The notes: generated by a model not told the origin, from the sequence alone. Positions 27,305 to 38,887 are shown, counted from the first letter of the stretch. The stretch: DNA of 64,000 bases from Paraspadella gotoi (GCA_051294375.1 CM119270.1:3466554-3530553), one strand, 5' to 3'. A program made the numbers and translations.

Positions 27305-27944
27305 GCGAGAACAGAAAGAAGGAAACCCTTCGATTTAGCGGGGTAGAAGACGAACGATGATGAGATGATGACGACTGATGATGGATGATGATGATGATTT
27401 GATGAATGATGAATGATGATGATTGATGATGATTATGATGATTGATGAATAATGATGATGATGATGATGATTTATGGTTTTGATGATGATGTTGCATGAC
27501 GCTAATTTTCATCGCCCAAAAAGTTATTACTTGTTCCCAAGGCCATACCAGTGGACCGTGAAACCAAGGACAAAGTAGTTCACTGGACAATTTCTGTCGT
27601 GAAATTTTGAAAAAGCGTCTGGAAAATTTAGTGAAAAGTTGAAGAAGAAGAAGCGACGAAAACGACGACGACGACCAGAATCCCCCACGAAGTCGGGATG
27701 ATTTTTTTTCCCTTTTTCACCCAAAGGGTCGAGAATTCCATCCAATGACGTTGGACCAAAACTTTCCACCAATCAAGAGACTGAATCCAAAAATCGTCGA
27801 CCAATTACAGATTCGTTATTGTTTTAAAGTTTTGGACCAATTAGAAGCCGGGATTTGTCGTCTCCCCGGATGTAATAGACGCTGACGTGAGACTTGAAAT
27901 CTTGCGAGTCTTGAGTCTCGACCAGTGATTCCACAAAAATTCCA

Positions 27945-28002
<58 letters not shown>

Positions 28003-29234
28003 CTCTCTTTCTTTCTCTCTCTCTCTCTCTCTAAAACAGTTGCTCGTACAGAATTTTCCACCCCAAGTTAAAAGAATTGGAGTCTTGCCCCTAATGAAAA
28101 CAAAAAAGAAAAAAAGAAAAGAAGAAAACGCAGTTCAGTTTTAAAATACTAAAAGTTTACTGTTTATATTTAAACGAATCGTCATCATACTTATATTTTT
28201 TTGGAATTTGTCCAAATGGAAATAGTTTTTCTTTTTCTTTTTTTTTCAAATTCGCCGAAAATTTGAACTTTGAATTAAATGCGAGAAAAAAATGTTTGCG
28301 ATTGATTTCGGAGTCAAGTTGAGTCAGTTAATTATTATATATACATATTACGCATCGGACTGAGAAAGAGAGCGAGCGCAAGTCGCGCACGAGACAGAGA
28401 GAGAGAGCGAGTCGATCGATACAAATGAGTGTTTTTCAACGTGGCTTAAGAACGATGGCGGAACTTATTCTGTTGATGCTGCAAAAAAAAAAACAAAAAA
28501 AACAAAAAACGGCGGCATATTTCACGGGACCTCTGGGGCCTCGTAATTCATAACGAAAGTATTATCTTCGGTATCTTGGTTTGTGAAGATCGAAGCTAAA
28601 AAATGAAATTGACATCTGCCACAGTCAAGCGGAAGATGCAGCATTATTGCAACAATTTTTCGCAGGTGCAGCAGGTGCAATAGGTGCAACAGGTTTAACT
28701 GTTGCAGCCAAACAGAATATCTGCATCTCTTTTCTTCGTTCGACGCGAAGCATCGATCGATTATAATCGATTCGCGTTTGTTGCCAGCGGACGTATTCGT
28801 CGTAGTCGTCGTCGTCGTCGTCGTCATTTTCATCGTATAGTCTTCGTTTTCGTTGTTGTCGTAGTCATTGTTCTCGTCTTCATAGTCGTCGTTTTAGTCG
28901 TCGCAAGCAGAGACTAGTCGTTGTTATCGTCGTCATCGTCGTCGTCGTTTTCTTCTCCTTCGTTATTTTTCCGCGTTAAGTTTTATAATAATGCTACTAC
29001 TATCTTTTTATGTTCGTTCAATCGTGTATATATATATATATATATAGGGTTTCAAAAATGTACTGTTTTTATTAAGAAAAATTGAACGTACTGTATCGTA
29101 CAGAAATGAGAACGATGGGACTGTGAAATTTTGAGAAAATCGAAAAAGATGAGATGATGTTTGAGTTCAGTGCAGAAGCAACAGGAACAACAATGAAGGA
29201 ATGCAGAAGAAAACAGATGTAATGATGATGAAGT

Positions 29235-29436
29235 TTAAGATAAGATTAATATTATGATAAAGATAAAGATTAAGATTAAAATGATGTCAAGATTAGGATA
29301 AGATAAGATTAAGATAACATTAAGATAACATTAAGATAAAATTAAGATAAAATTAAGATAAGATTAAGATAAGTTAAGATGAAGATTAAGATTACGATTA
29401 AGATTAAAATTAAGATTAATGTTAAGATTAAGATTA
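29235..29436 (+). repeat. (AAGATT/AAGAT)n degenerate microsatellite
   Basis: Direct reading. Confidence 0.85.
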
Positions 29437-30993
29437 ATTTCGCTTCAGACTCATAAGAACGAAAACGACAACAACGACGACAATAATAGAAACGGATATG
29501 ATTCGATTTGAAGGAGCTGACCCAGAAGCAAGACAGAGACAATCCGGGTGAGGTTCAGACTGAGAGCGAGACAGAGACAGAGACAATGAGAGACGGAGAG
29601 ACGGAGAATGCGACGAATAAACAAAACTGGCGAGATGAGAAAAATACACGAGTATAAAGTTTCGCGAATTTAATTTTGTATGTATAACGCAAGCATTTTA
29701 ATTTGTTATGTATAACTTAAACATTTGTTCGTTTCGTCGTTTTCTCAGGTTTAAATTTTGCTAATTTATTTCATTTCATTCATTTTATTTTTGTTTATTT
29801 TATTTTAGTAAGAGTCTTATTTAATTCCGTTTTTGATAAGTTTGAAGAGAAGCTAAATATTAAAACGGTAAAAAAAAAGTATAAGCATTAAAACGGCGGC
29901 GGGCAAAGATTAAAAACGACGCCAAAAAAAAAAAAACAACAACAACAACAAGAAAAACAAAAACAAGAACAACAAGAACAACAATGGCCAAAAAATTATA
30001 AGAGATAAAGAATCCATTTTGGTCGCCTTCTCTCCTGTTGTAGCAGCCAACAGAAAAAAAAAGACGGGGAAAAAATAAGGGAGAAAGAAAAAGAGAAATA
30101 AGGAGGAAGAGATATTTATATCTTCTTCGTTCCTTCGTTCGTAAGATCGTTCGTTAGTTCGTTTGTCTCTTTCGTTTGTTCTTTAGTTCCTTCGTTCTCG
30201 AGTTCCGTCTTTTATTCATTCATTCATTCATTCATTCATTAATTTGTTCGTTCATAAGATCGTTTGTTCGTTTCATTCCTTTGCTCCGACCATTCATTTC
30301 TTCCTTCGTTCTCTCGTTCACTCGTTTGTTTGTTATTTAGTTTGTTAATTCGTTCATTTCTTCGTCCGTTTCTTTATTTTGCTGTTTTTTGTTTTTTTGT
30401 TTTTTGTTTGTTTTTGTTTTGCTTTTGTAGTTTTGCTTTTTTGTTAATTAGTTTCTATGAGTCGTTCGTCATCGTTCAGCGATAAAAGCAAATAATTAAG
30501 TCAGCATTTCATTTTCAATTGTTAAATCAAGAAAATCCTCAAAAAGTAAGTCTGTGAAACCTCACACTACTCCCCCCGCCAAACCCCTCACAATTCACGG
30601 GAGCGCGAAAGATTTGAGTCGTGATTTAAAAGCCAACGATTTTTGATCAACTCGTCCGATATAATTCAACGTCCAATTATTCAAAACGAACGGTTGAAAA
30701 GATAACAATTTTAATTAAGTCGACAATTGATAATAAAGAACGAAAAGTGAAAAATGATGAATGAAGAAAATCGCGAAACTGAATTCGCTGAAAAACAAAT
30801 CGCTGTCGATATCGTTGTTGTTGTTGTAATTGTTGTTGTTGTCGTCGTCGGCAGTTTTTTTTTTCTCATTTGTTTTTCTTTGTTTCGATCTTTAAACGTG
30901 AGCGACGATGATGATGATGATGATGATGACTAGAAATGACAATCGCTTACATCGAGTATGATTAACAGAAGAGAAGAGAGAGAGAGAGCAGAG

Positions 30994-31033
<40 letters not shown>

Positions 31034-31480
31034 CTAGTCTGACCAAAGTGCGATTTTGCTTTGGAGGTTAATAAAAAACGAGAGATGCACCGGAGGGTCC
31101 CTGGGGAGAGGAGGAGGAGGAGAGGTGGGAGAAACAGGGGGAGGAAGAGGAAGAGGGGACTAGAAGCTGGGAAAGGAGGGGGAGGAAAGAAAGGGGTAAG
31201 GGAGGTGGGGAGGTTGAACAATGAAGTGGGAAAAGAGGAGGAGGAAGAGGACGAGTTGAAAGAGGAAGAGGGGGAGGATGAAGAGAGAGGAGAGCGAAGG
31301 AGGAGGAGGAGGAGGAGATTTGACCGAAGAGAAGTCGAATGAGGGAGAATTTTATCGAGGCGCTAATTCGTCGACTTTGGGGGTGGAGAGTAAGGCGTAG
31401 TAAAATTTATAAATTTAACTCTAATTAAAATTTTAAAAGAGAGGAATGAATATTTATGTATAAACAAATTTTATTATAAA

Positions 31481-31882
31481 TTTCACAATTTACGCATAGG
31501 CCATATTTATACTTAGTATTAATCCAATAAATGTTAAAATTTCAAAACAGTTTTTTTTTCAAAGATTTTTTTTGCAGATTTGTTTCGTCGTAAAGTTGAT
31601 TAAAAGGAAATATAACTCTTTTTTTAAAAATTCCTTCCTTAAGTAGGTCAAAAAATGAAAAAAAAAACTATATTTTAAGCTTAAAAATTAACTTTTTATA
31701 TATTAAATATAGTTTTTCTTAATAAAACTTAATAAAATAATTTTTAACTTAATAAAATAATTTTTTTTATCAACTTTTGACGAGGAATTCATATAAAAAT
31801 TAAGAAAATCCTATTTTGAAATCTTTCGTTTTTATAAGGATAGTAATATATATAAGTATAGCCTAATGCGAAAATTGGAAAA
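31481..31882. mobile_element. Decayed AT-rich long inverted repeat (foldback/MITE-like)
   Basis: Four nested arm matches: AATTTACGCATAGGC/GCCTAATGCGAAAATT, TTTCAAAACAG/CTATTTTGAAA, TCGTCGTAAAGTTGAT/ATCAACTTTTGACGA, AAAAACTATATTT/AAATATAGTTTTT. Confidence 0.6.
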
Positions 31883-32237
31883 CATAAAATTAATTTCTTT
31901 TACCAATTAATGTTCACTGATGGTATGTTGTTCATAATTGACTTTTAGAATTTTTGTACATAACTTTCTCTCGAGTGGAGAGTTGTTGTCGTTGTTGTTA
32001 TTTTAAGTTTATGTTTTCGGCCAAGTTGGTCGAATGCACAACAGTAAACGTGGACAATTAGTTAAATTGGTAAATCAAGAGACAATTAACAATTATATAA
32101 ATTAAAAAATAAATAAACATATTGGACGAAATTGATTAATAGACAAAAGTAAAAGAGATGGATGAAGAGATCAATGGACTAATTGATTATTAATTATTTT
32201 TATATTTTAATTTTTAAACAGATCCTTGAATTCAGGA

Positions 32238-32285
<48 letters not shown>

Positions 32286-32773
32286 CTGGAAAAACAAAAT
32301 TACTGATTAAAAAATCAAAAGATAAAAAATTAAATTAAATCTGGTTTTTGTCTTTGATGCTTTGAACTTTACCGAAATAAATTAAAGAAGGAAAAGAAAA
32401 AAAGTTATTAAAAATCAAATTCATCGTTCGTTCATTCGTTAGTTCGTTCGTTTTAGGGTTGAGTTCTTTTATTCATTATAAAGAAACCTCAGGCGAACAG
32501 ACGCGAATCTCATCAAATTTTGATGCTTTGTGTCAAATACTTAAGGAGAAAATTCGTCAGAAACAACAACAACAACAACAAAAAGTACAACAACGACGAC
32601 AACATTAGATGAGAAAGTGACAATCTCACAAAATGTTTCGCTCTTGAGTTTTCTATTTGAGTAAAAGATGAAGAGAGAAATTGATTGAAAAATACAATTA
32701 CGACGACGATGACGACAGCACAGTTTATTATTGACTGACTGACTTTCTTTCTTTCTTTCTTTCCTTCTTTTTT

Positions 32774-32845
<72 letters not shown>

Positions 32846-33439
32846 TCAAATTTCAACATCTGTAAATTTTAAAAAAAATGACATAATGGGTGACAAGGTT
32901 GATTCGCAACTGTCGAATGATCAATTCGAGATTTCACGCCTGAAATACCACAACCGACGCAGCTGTGAATTAATTAACAATATTGTAACTGTGACGGGCA
33001 TCACAAAACCATCACAAAATGCTGATATTTACTGACAATTACGAATTATCGTGGTCTCAAGAGTCAATTCATATACTTTCTTTTCATAATAATAACTTAT
33101 TTTAAAATGCCAATTCCTCTTTTAATGAACGAATTTTTAATCCATAGAAAAAAAGAACAGTTGTTCGGTTAAAACGAAAGTCAATTAAAAACATTACCAA
33201 AAAAATAAAAATAAAATAATACCTTGATGTCAGAATAATCTATACGGGGAGAAACTAGTGGGAGAAGCTGAAGAAAGTGAAGTGAACCTCGTGAACGCGG
33301 ACCCGAATTCCCTGGGAGGAGGATGAGCAGGAGGTGAAAGAGAAGAAGGGGGTAATAGACCCGGATAATTCAAACAAAAAGAAAAAAAAGGTCCAAGGAT
33401 TAGATTGCGACATATTTTTTTTCTTCAAAAATCCCCAAA

Positions 33440-33678
33440 CTAATCCATCAAATGTCGCAAATCCATCTCGATCACGTTTCGCCATTCGTTTCCCCAATCC
33501 GCTTGAGCGCCAAAGACGAAGGCTTTCTTCGTCTCCTTCAAGACGACGACCCTGACTCCGGACCACCCCGTCAACTCGTCCGTCCCGCGCGGAAGTGTTC
33601 GGACAGGCTCGGACTCGCCCGTTGAGACGTCGATGAGAAAAGCTTCGGAGTCGAATCGATATTCGGTCGGATTGAATC
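33440..33678 (-). CDS. Exon 3: terminal Kelch blades (not in the ORF track)
   Basis: Translation (G)FNPTEYRFDSEAFLIDVSTGESEPVRTLPRGTDELTGWSGVRVVVLKETKKAFVFGAQADWGNEWRNVIEMDLRHLMD*. It completes the ILFCSG blade and adds an AFVFG blade. GC-rich island bounded by AT-rich intron and UTR. Confidence 0.72.
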
Positions 33679-33872
33679 CTGAACGAAATTTTTTTCTCCT
33701 TTTATTTATAAATTTATTTATTGTTTTGCTTTTTAAATTAATTCTAATTATGAGAAATTAGTGAAGTTTTGGTTTTAATTCTAATTTTCAAAGCTTTTAA
33801 AAAGGGAAAGTATAACACTACAACCTTTAAAATTTTTAATGATACATGGGATAAAAATTAAAAAACCCTTGA

Positions 33873-33940
<68 letters not shown>

Positions 33941-36900
33941 TCGGTAAATTAGACAGTTTTTGCTTTACTGACCAAATAATAAATTTTTTTTAAAAGTAGT
34001 AATAAAATTGGTACAACCAATATAATTTAGTAATTAAGCTATCTTGCCCCTGACTTTGGACGGCCTTTTGCGGTTTAAGGCCTCCCATCACTCTTACGAG
34101 ATAACGACATAGCAAGTCCCTGCAAGCTTTCAATCAATACCACCTGGCCTCCCTATCAATCAATCAATCAATACGAACCTGAGCAGAACAAAATCTTCGA
34201 CGATGAGATTTGCGCAATGCTGCAGTTGATGATGCTGCTACGGGGAACTCCGGTACTCAGCTCGATCCGACTCCAGACGCTAGTGGGCGTGGAAAACCGG
34301 AAGAGCTCGGTGTTGACGTCGACGCCGACCCTTTTCCCGTAGACGAAAACATCTCCATCGTCGTTGACGCAGTGAGACATTCCGTTGCGAGGCTTCGGTT
34401 GTTCACCCCAAGTCTCTACCGATTCCCAATCGTGATCCCCGACGGAGAATTTTAAGACTTTATTGATATCGTGTCCGCCAAAGACGTAAAAGTCTCCGCG
34501 CCACGCCCACCCGACGTGGCGCCATCTAGGCGACGCGATCTTTCCTCTTATCTCGATCTTCGTCCACTCGTAACTGAAGAGATTGAGCGAGTGGAGATCG
34601 TCTGCGCCCACGCGTCCGCCGAAAGTGAAGAGCGTCTCGCCGATGAGGCAGTGGGCGGGGTCGCGGATTTGAGACGGGACGTCGCCGACCGTCGTGTGGA
34701 CGGAGAAGAGACGTGATCGAGGATCGAAAAGATAAAGATTTTCTGGAAGGTCGTGCGAATCCCAGACGACGATTTTATCGTTAAATTGAAACGCGATGAG
34801 AGAAGAACGAGAAATTTTCTTCAATTCAAAATGGAATAAAAAAAAAGGAAAAAAAATATTATTAAAGGAAAAGGGTACTTTTTTTCCCCGAAAGCACCCC
34901 CTTTCATTTCCTAGTCACTGAACATAATTTTAATCCTCATCTTTTACCGAAATATTTAACCTAATCCTTAAAATTAATCAAAAACCTTAATCCCAAATCC
35001 TAACCAAACCCGTAACCAATTCTTTAAACTTTGAAAACTGAAGCTGAAATGGGTAATTTTTGGAAAATATGGTCGTTTCAAACCTTCCCTTTTTCCACTC
35101 ACCAACGAATCGGACTGATTTTTACGCGTCGGCCAAAGTTTATAAGGAATTCCATCTCTCGGCATTTGAGGCGAATCGATGACGTCCAAGCAACGATACA
35201 AAAGCGAATCTTTGCTACCGTTCATTCCATCGGTAACGAAATCCCAGAAATGCGAAAGATCTCTTAGCAACCGAGTTTGTTCGGATTCCGTCACGTCTTT
35301 GACGACCAAAAGAACTCTACCAAAAAATACTTTGATTTTGTTCGTAGTGAATGCGGTGGATACGAGATGTTTTTCTGCTTCTAGTAAATTGTCGGTTAAC
35401 TTCCTCGAATCTCCGAGCAATCGCCTCAGAACTCTTTTCTCTTTCTTCCTCAGATGGAAAATAATTCCGCAAATATTTTTAAAATTCTTCTTCTTCAACT
35501 TCGTCGAGATGGAAAAGTGGAGGCCCTGAATGGCTTTGAGGCCAAAATGGGAGAGGATGGGATGATGACTAAACTTGGCCAGAATGAATTGAAAAATTGC
35601 AGAAAGCAATGGCCCCTGAAGAATGATGAAAATGGTAAGATGAAGGCGGTAATCGATGCCACCCAAGCGATTATTGACGTCGTAGAAACAGGAATGGGTC
35701 TCCTCCCAGTACCACGGGATGATCACCGAAGTTTGTATGACAAAAAAGTTGATATAATTCAATAATTGATCGTAAAATCTATGCGATGGATCGATGCTAA
35801 CTTTTTCCGTGTTCCCTTCATCGAGCCAAACTTGTTTTCGTTCGTCGTAAGAATTGATTCTGTAGTCGAGTAAAACGACATTTGAAATCAATCCTTTCTG
35901 CAGCAATTTGAAAAACAGATTCCAATTTCTAAAAATGCTATTCGTCGCTTTGGGTCTTTCGTTTGACCAATACCGACTTCTTTTTCTCAAATGCCAAGCG
36001 TCAAAGGCTGCACCAATCATCGTTTGCCAAACCAAGCAAGCTATCCCAACGATTCTCCAGCGCGGATGAATACTTCCGAATAAAACCGACATGAAAATCA
36101 ACCTCGACAGGATGGAGGGAAACTTGACGGCGAAGAACATGAGGCTTCCGAGAAAAGTGGGCTCGCGGTGAACGGGATTCTTCCTGATCACGTCCTTGTT
36201 GTGATTCCAGACTCGCAAGCAGAAACCAAGCATTGAGGAAAGCGTAACGAATCCGCGGAGAAAGTTAAAGTCGCTTCCGTCCAAAATCATCCAACCCAAT
36301 TGGGTCACGAACTGAGGTGCATCTTCGAAAAAAGCTTCGCTGAATTGATTCTCGGATATTTTGACGAGTTGGTCGGAGAGCCTCGTTTTCGGAGAGAGAG
36401 GAAGATCCGGATCGTTGAAGCTTTCGGTGAGAGCGTCTTGGATGACAGTTTGGTCCCCAGGTTTTTCTCTTAGTTTATTCAAGTTGGTTTTGAAGAAACC
36501 GATCGTCTTCTGCAGCCAACCGATGTCCGGATCAGTATTACCGTCGTCGCGAACCAAATCTCCAATTTTGATCATTTGATACTCGATGAGAATTTTTCTC
36601 AAAACCGTGAAAGGAATGAGCACAGGCAGTAGAATAAGAATCGCTAATTTCACGAACCCGGCCAACGTTAAACCAGCGAATGAATAATTATCCACGACGT
36701 TGAGAAACTTCCACGGAAAATCCTCTTCGTTATCTATTTCGAGTTTAAACCGGTGAAAGACGTAATGCCAGAGAAGTTCTCTCGCGCTCATTTCCAAAAC
36801 TCGAACGACGAGAGGCAAAACCATGAAGGTTACGGTCAACCAAAAGAACAATGCGTTGTCGAGTAGCGGCTCTCTGACGTTGACAAAATTCGTGGAATTA

Positions 36901-37349
36901 TTGGTCATTGATTCGTTCGCGTAAGATTCCTTTGCGACCGATTTTTCGTACATTTTAGAAATGGAGCGATTTGCGTCGTAATACATGACACAACGATGGT
37001 CGTAAAGTTCTCGACTATTTTTGTAATACGCCCTGGCGAGGAAACCGTCAGTTGCAATGTCGACATAGAAGAAAATCGTCATGGCAACGGTCATTAGGAT
37101 CTGCGCGCGTCCGCGTAGGGTAAGATCCGTCCACCACGAGAGTAATCCGCGGCCGGTGGTTATATTTACTCTGGGTAAGGTAAGGTAAGGTAAGTTCTCC
37201 TCGTAGATGTCATTTTGATTGGTATCTAGAAAAGCATTGCTCTCCAACAAAGAGTCGGTCGGCAAGCTTTTTCTTTCCATTTTGGGATCAGTGAATTCTT
37301 TCACATCTTCGATTATCACTATTTTCGTTTTGTTTTTGTTTACATCCAT
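33440..37349 (-). CDS. Predicted 3-exon XK-related (Xkr family) membrane protein with C-terminal Kelch repeats, ~1041 aa; exons 37349-35103, 34818-34179, 33678-33440
   Basis: Donor TTG|GTGAGT after 35103 (phase 0) joins acceptor TTGAAG|AAA at 34818 (phase 0). Donor CAG|GTTCGT after 34179 (phase 1) joins acceptor TTCAG|GA at 33678 (phase 1), which reads open to TAG at 33442-33440. The frame is preserved at both junctions and the Kelch pattern continues across them. Confidence 0.75.
34179..34818 (-). CDS. Exon 2: Kelch repeats (KLHDC-like beta-propeller blades)
   Basis: Repeats of hydrophobic-GG...W: LFTFGG..DDLHSLNLFSYEW, SPRWRH..FYVFGG..W, PKPRNG..VFVYG..W. Flanked by AG and GT in consistent phase. 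Confidence 0.85.
35103..37349 (-). CDS. Exon 1: XK-related protein domain (multi-pass membrane, Xkr/CED-8 scramblase family); unspliced ORF continues to 34974 (791 aa)
   Basis: Family motifs FFYVDIATDGFLARAYY (TM1 D-x-x-T-D-x5-Y) and EAFFEDAPQFVTQL (E-x-F-x-E-x-x-P-Q-x-x-x-Q-L). Multiple hydrophobic helices; ATG preceded by an A-run. Confidence 0.88.
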
Positions 37350-37578
37350 TTTTTTATAAAATGGTTTTTATATTTGTAATTTGATTTTATGTAGAAAGCG
37401 AAACTTGACAACAAGCGACAAGGCTGACAGACAGGCAGAGAGACTACTTCAAAAGTTCAGTATCGCAACCAAACTGGTTTTAGAGGATTTATTGACGGGT
37501 AGACACATTTTAATCTGAGCGGGTTTTTTAGGGGCATTTTTACAACCGAGGTAAAATGATCCAATTTTTTTGATAAAT

Positions 37579-37620
37579 AGGCCATCTTGTTTAGGCCATC
37601 TTGTTTAGGCCATCTTGTTT
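37579..37620 (+). repeat. 14-bp triple tandem repeat upstream of the Xkr gene
   Basis: AGGCCATCTTGTTT x3. Confidence 0.9.
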
Positions 37621-37702
37621 CCTGACTTTGGACAAGCTATGGTGGGTTAAGTCCTCCTTCCGTTTTAGGAAATAGAATATTATTTTCATTTAAATTTGTT
37701 TT

Positions 37703-37803
37703 CTGAAGAAGAAGACGCATATCGCAACGGGACTCTTAATCCCGGGGTCGTGGGTTCGAGCCCCACATTGGGCGCCACTGAAGAAGAAGACGTATATCGC
37801 AAC
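37703..37803 (+). repeat. 26-bp direct repeats flanking the tRNA fragment (37703-37728 and 37778-37803)
   Basis: CTGAAGAAGAAGACG(C/T)ATATCGCAAC, one mismatch. Confidence 0.95.
37728..37777 (+). pseudogene. 3' fragment (positions ~27-76) of tRNA-Lys(CTT) including CCA
   Basis: CGGGA-CTCTTAA-TCCCG anticodon arm (CTT), GTGGG-TTCGAGC-CCCAC T arm, ATTGGGC-G-CCA end. No D arm or 5' acceptor strand upstream. Confidence 0.88.
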
Positions 37804-38111
37804 AATTAGAAAAGACTGGAAGTTAGTAGAACTCGAGGCTCGCGAAGACTGGACTCAAAAAAGGGACGGCTCCTCGAGAAAGGGATGGGAAGAGGGGGAT
37901 GAGGATCGAGCAAAGTGATAACATGCACAAATACAATGCCTAATTTTACGAGTTCAATCCTAATTCAATTTTTTTTAATAAAAACGCAGAGAGAGAGAGA
38001 GAAAGAAATCAAAAGACAGCAGCAGAAGCAGCAGGAGAAAAGAGAGAAAAATAAAGAGCCCCTGCAGAGCCAGCTGCAGACTCGTTTTTTTTTCCCGATG
38101 AATCAGCACTA

Positions 38112-38255
38112 AAAATGATCATAAAAATGATGCAAGTTAAAAAAATGATGCAAGTTTAAAAAATGATGCGAATTGTAAAAATGATGCAAATTGAAAAAAT
38201 GATGTGAGTTGAGAAAATGATGTGAGTGGAAAAAATGATGCGAGTTAAAAAATGT
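38112..38255 (+). repeat. ~18-bp tandem repeat (AAAAAATGATGCAAGTT-like)
   Basis: About 7 degenerate units; a related inverted array lies at ~9241-9296. Confidence 0.8.
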
Positions 38256-38887
38256 TTTTTAAAAAAATTGTGATTTATCATTTGATTAGCTGATTACCGC
38301 TTAATTATCGTAGGCAGATCCGACATTGTTGGCTCAAACTTATTTTTTAAAGTTTAATTAGTTTTCTTCATCAGACGGGCTCTTAGGCCATGGGTCGCAG
38401 TATTACAAATTATCACGAGAAATTTCAGTATCAGTATTAACACAGTAAAGTTAAAATAATTAATAGAAGACATGTTTCGAATTTCTATTCTTTATATTCT
38501 TTTAAAAAATTCGATAGATAATTTGACTTTTGTTTTTTTTTCGCTTTTGGCGACCGCAAGGACCTCTCGTGGTCGTTCGTAGTTACCAAATCGTTTCCCT
38601 TATTTATTTCACTTGATGTCGATTGATTAAAGATAAAAGCTTTATTTTTTTAGTATCCTATCTTATGAATATTTCTTGTAAACTAAGTTGGTTATAATTC
38701 ATATTGCCTAAATTTGTTAATAGTCGGGTATTGAAAAAGGTCAGTTATAAACTTATAATCCCATTCTTTTGGCGACGGCAACCGGGAGGCGCGGAAACGA
38801 GAACCCGTATCCAAAGCTAAACCGTTGAACGAAATTAATCACTGACTGATTGTCTTTAAAACTTCATCTCCAAAATTTAGGGTCGAG

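Noticed and set aside
37703-37803. Repeat-spacer-repeat read as a CRISPR unit, or as an intact tRNA gene
   Set aside because: Only two repeats, and the 'spacer' is a tRNA 3' fragment. The 5' half, D arm and A-box are missing, so it cannot fold into a tRNA.
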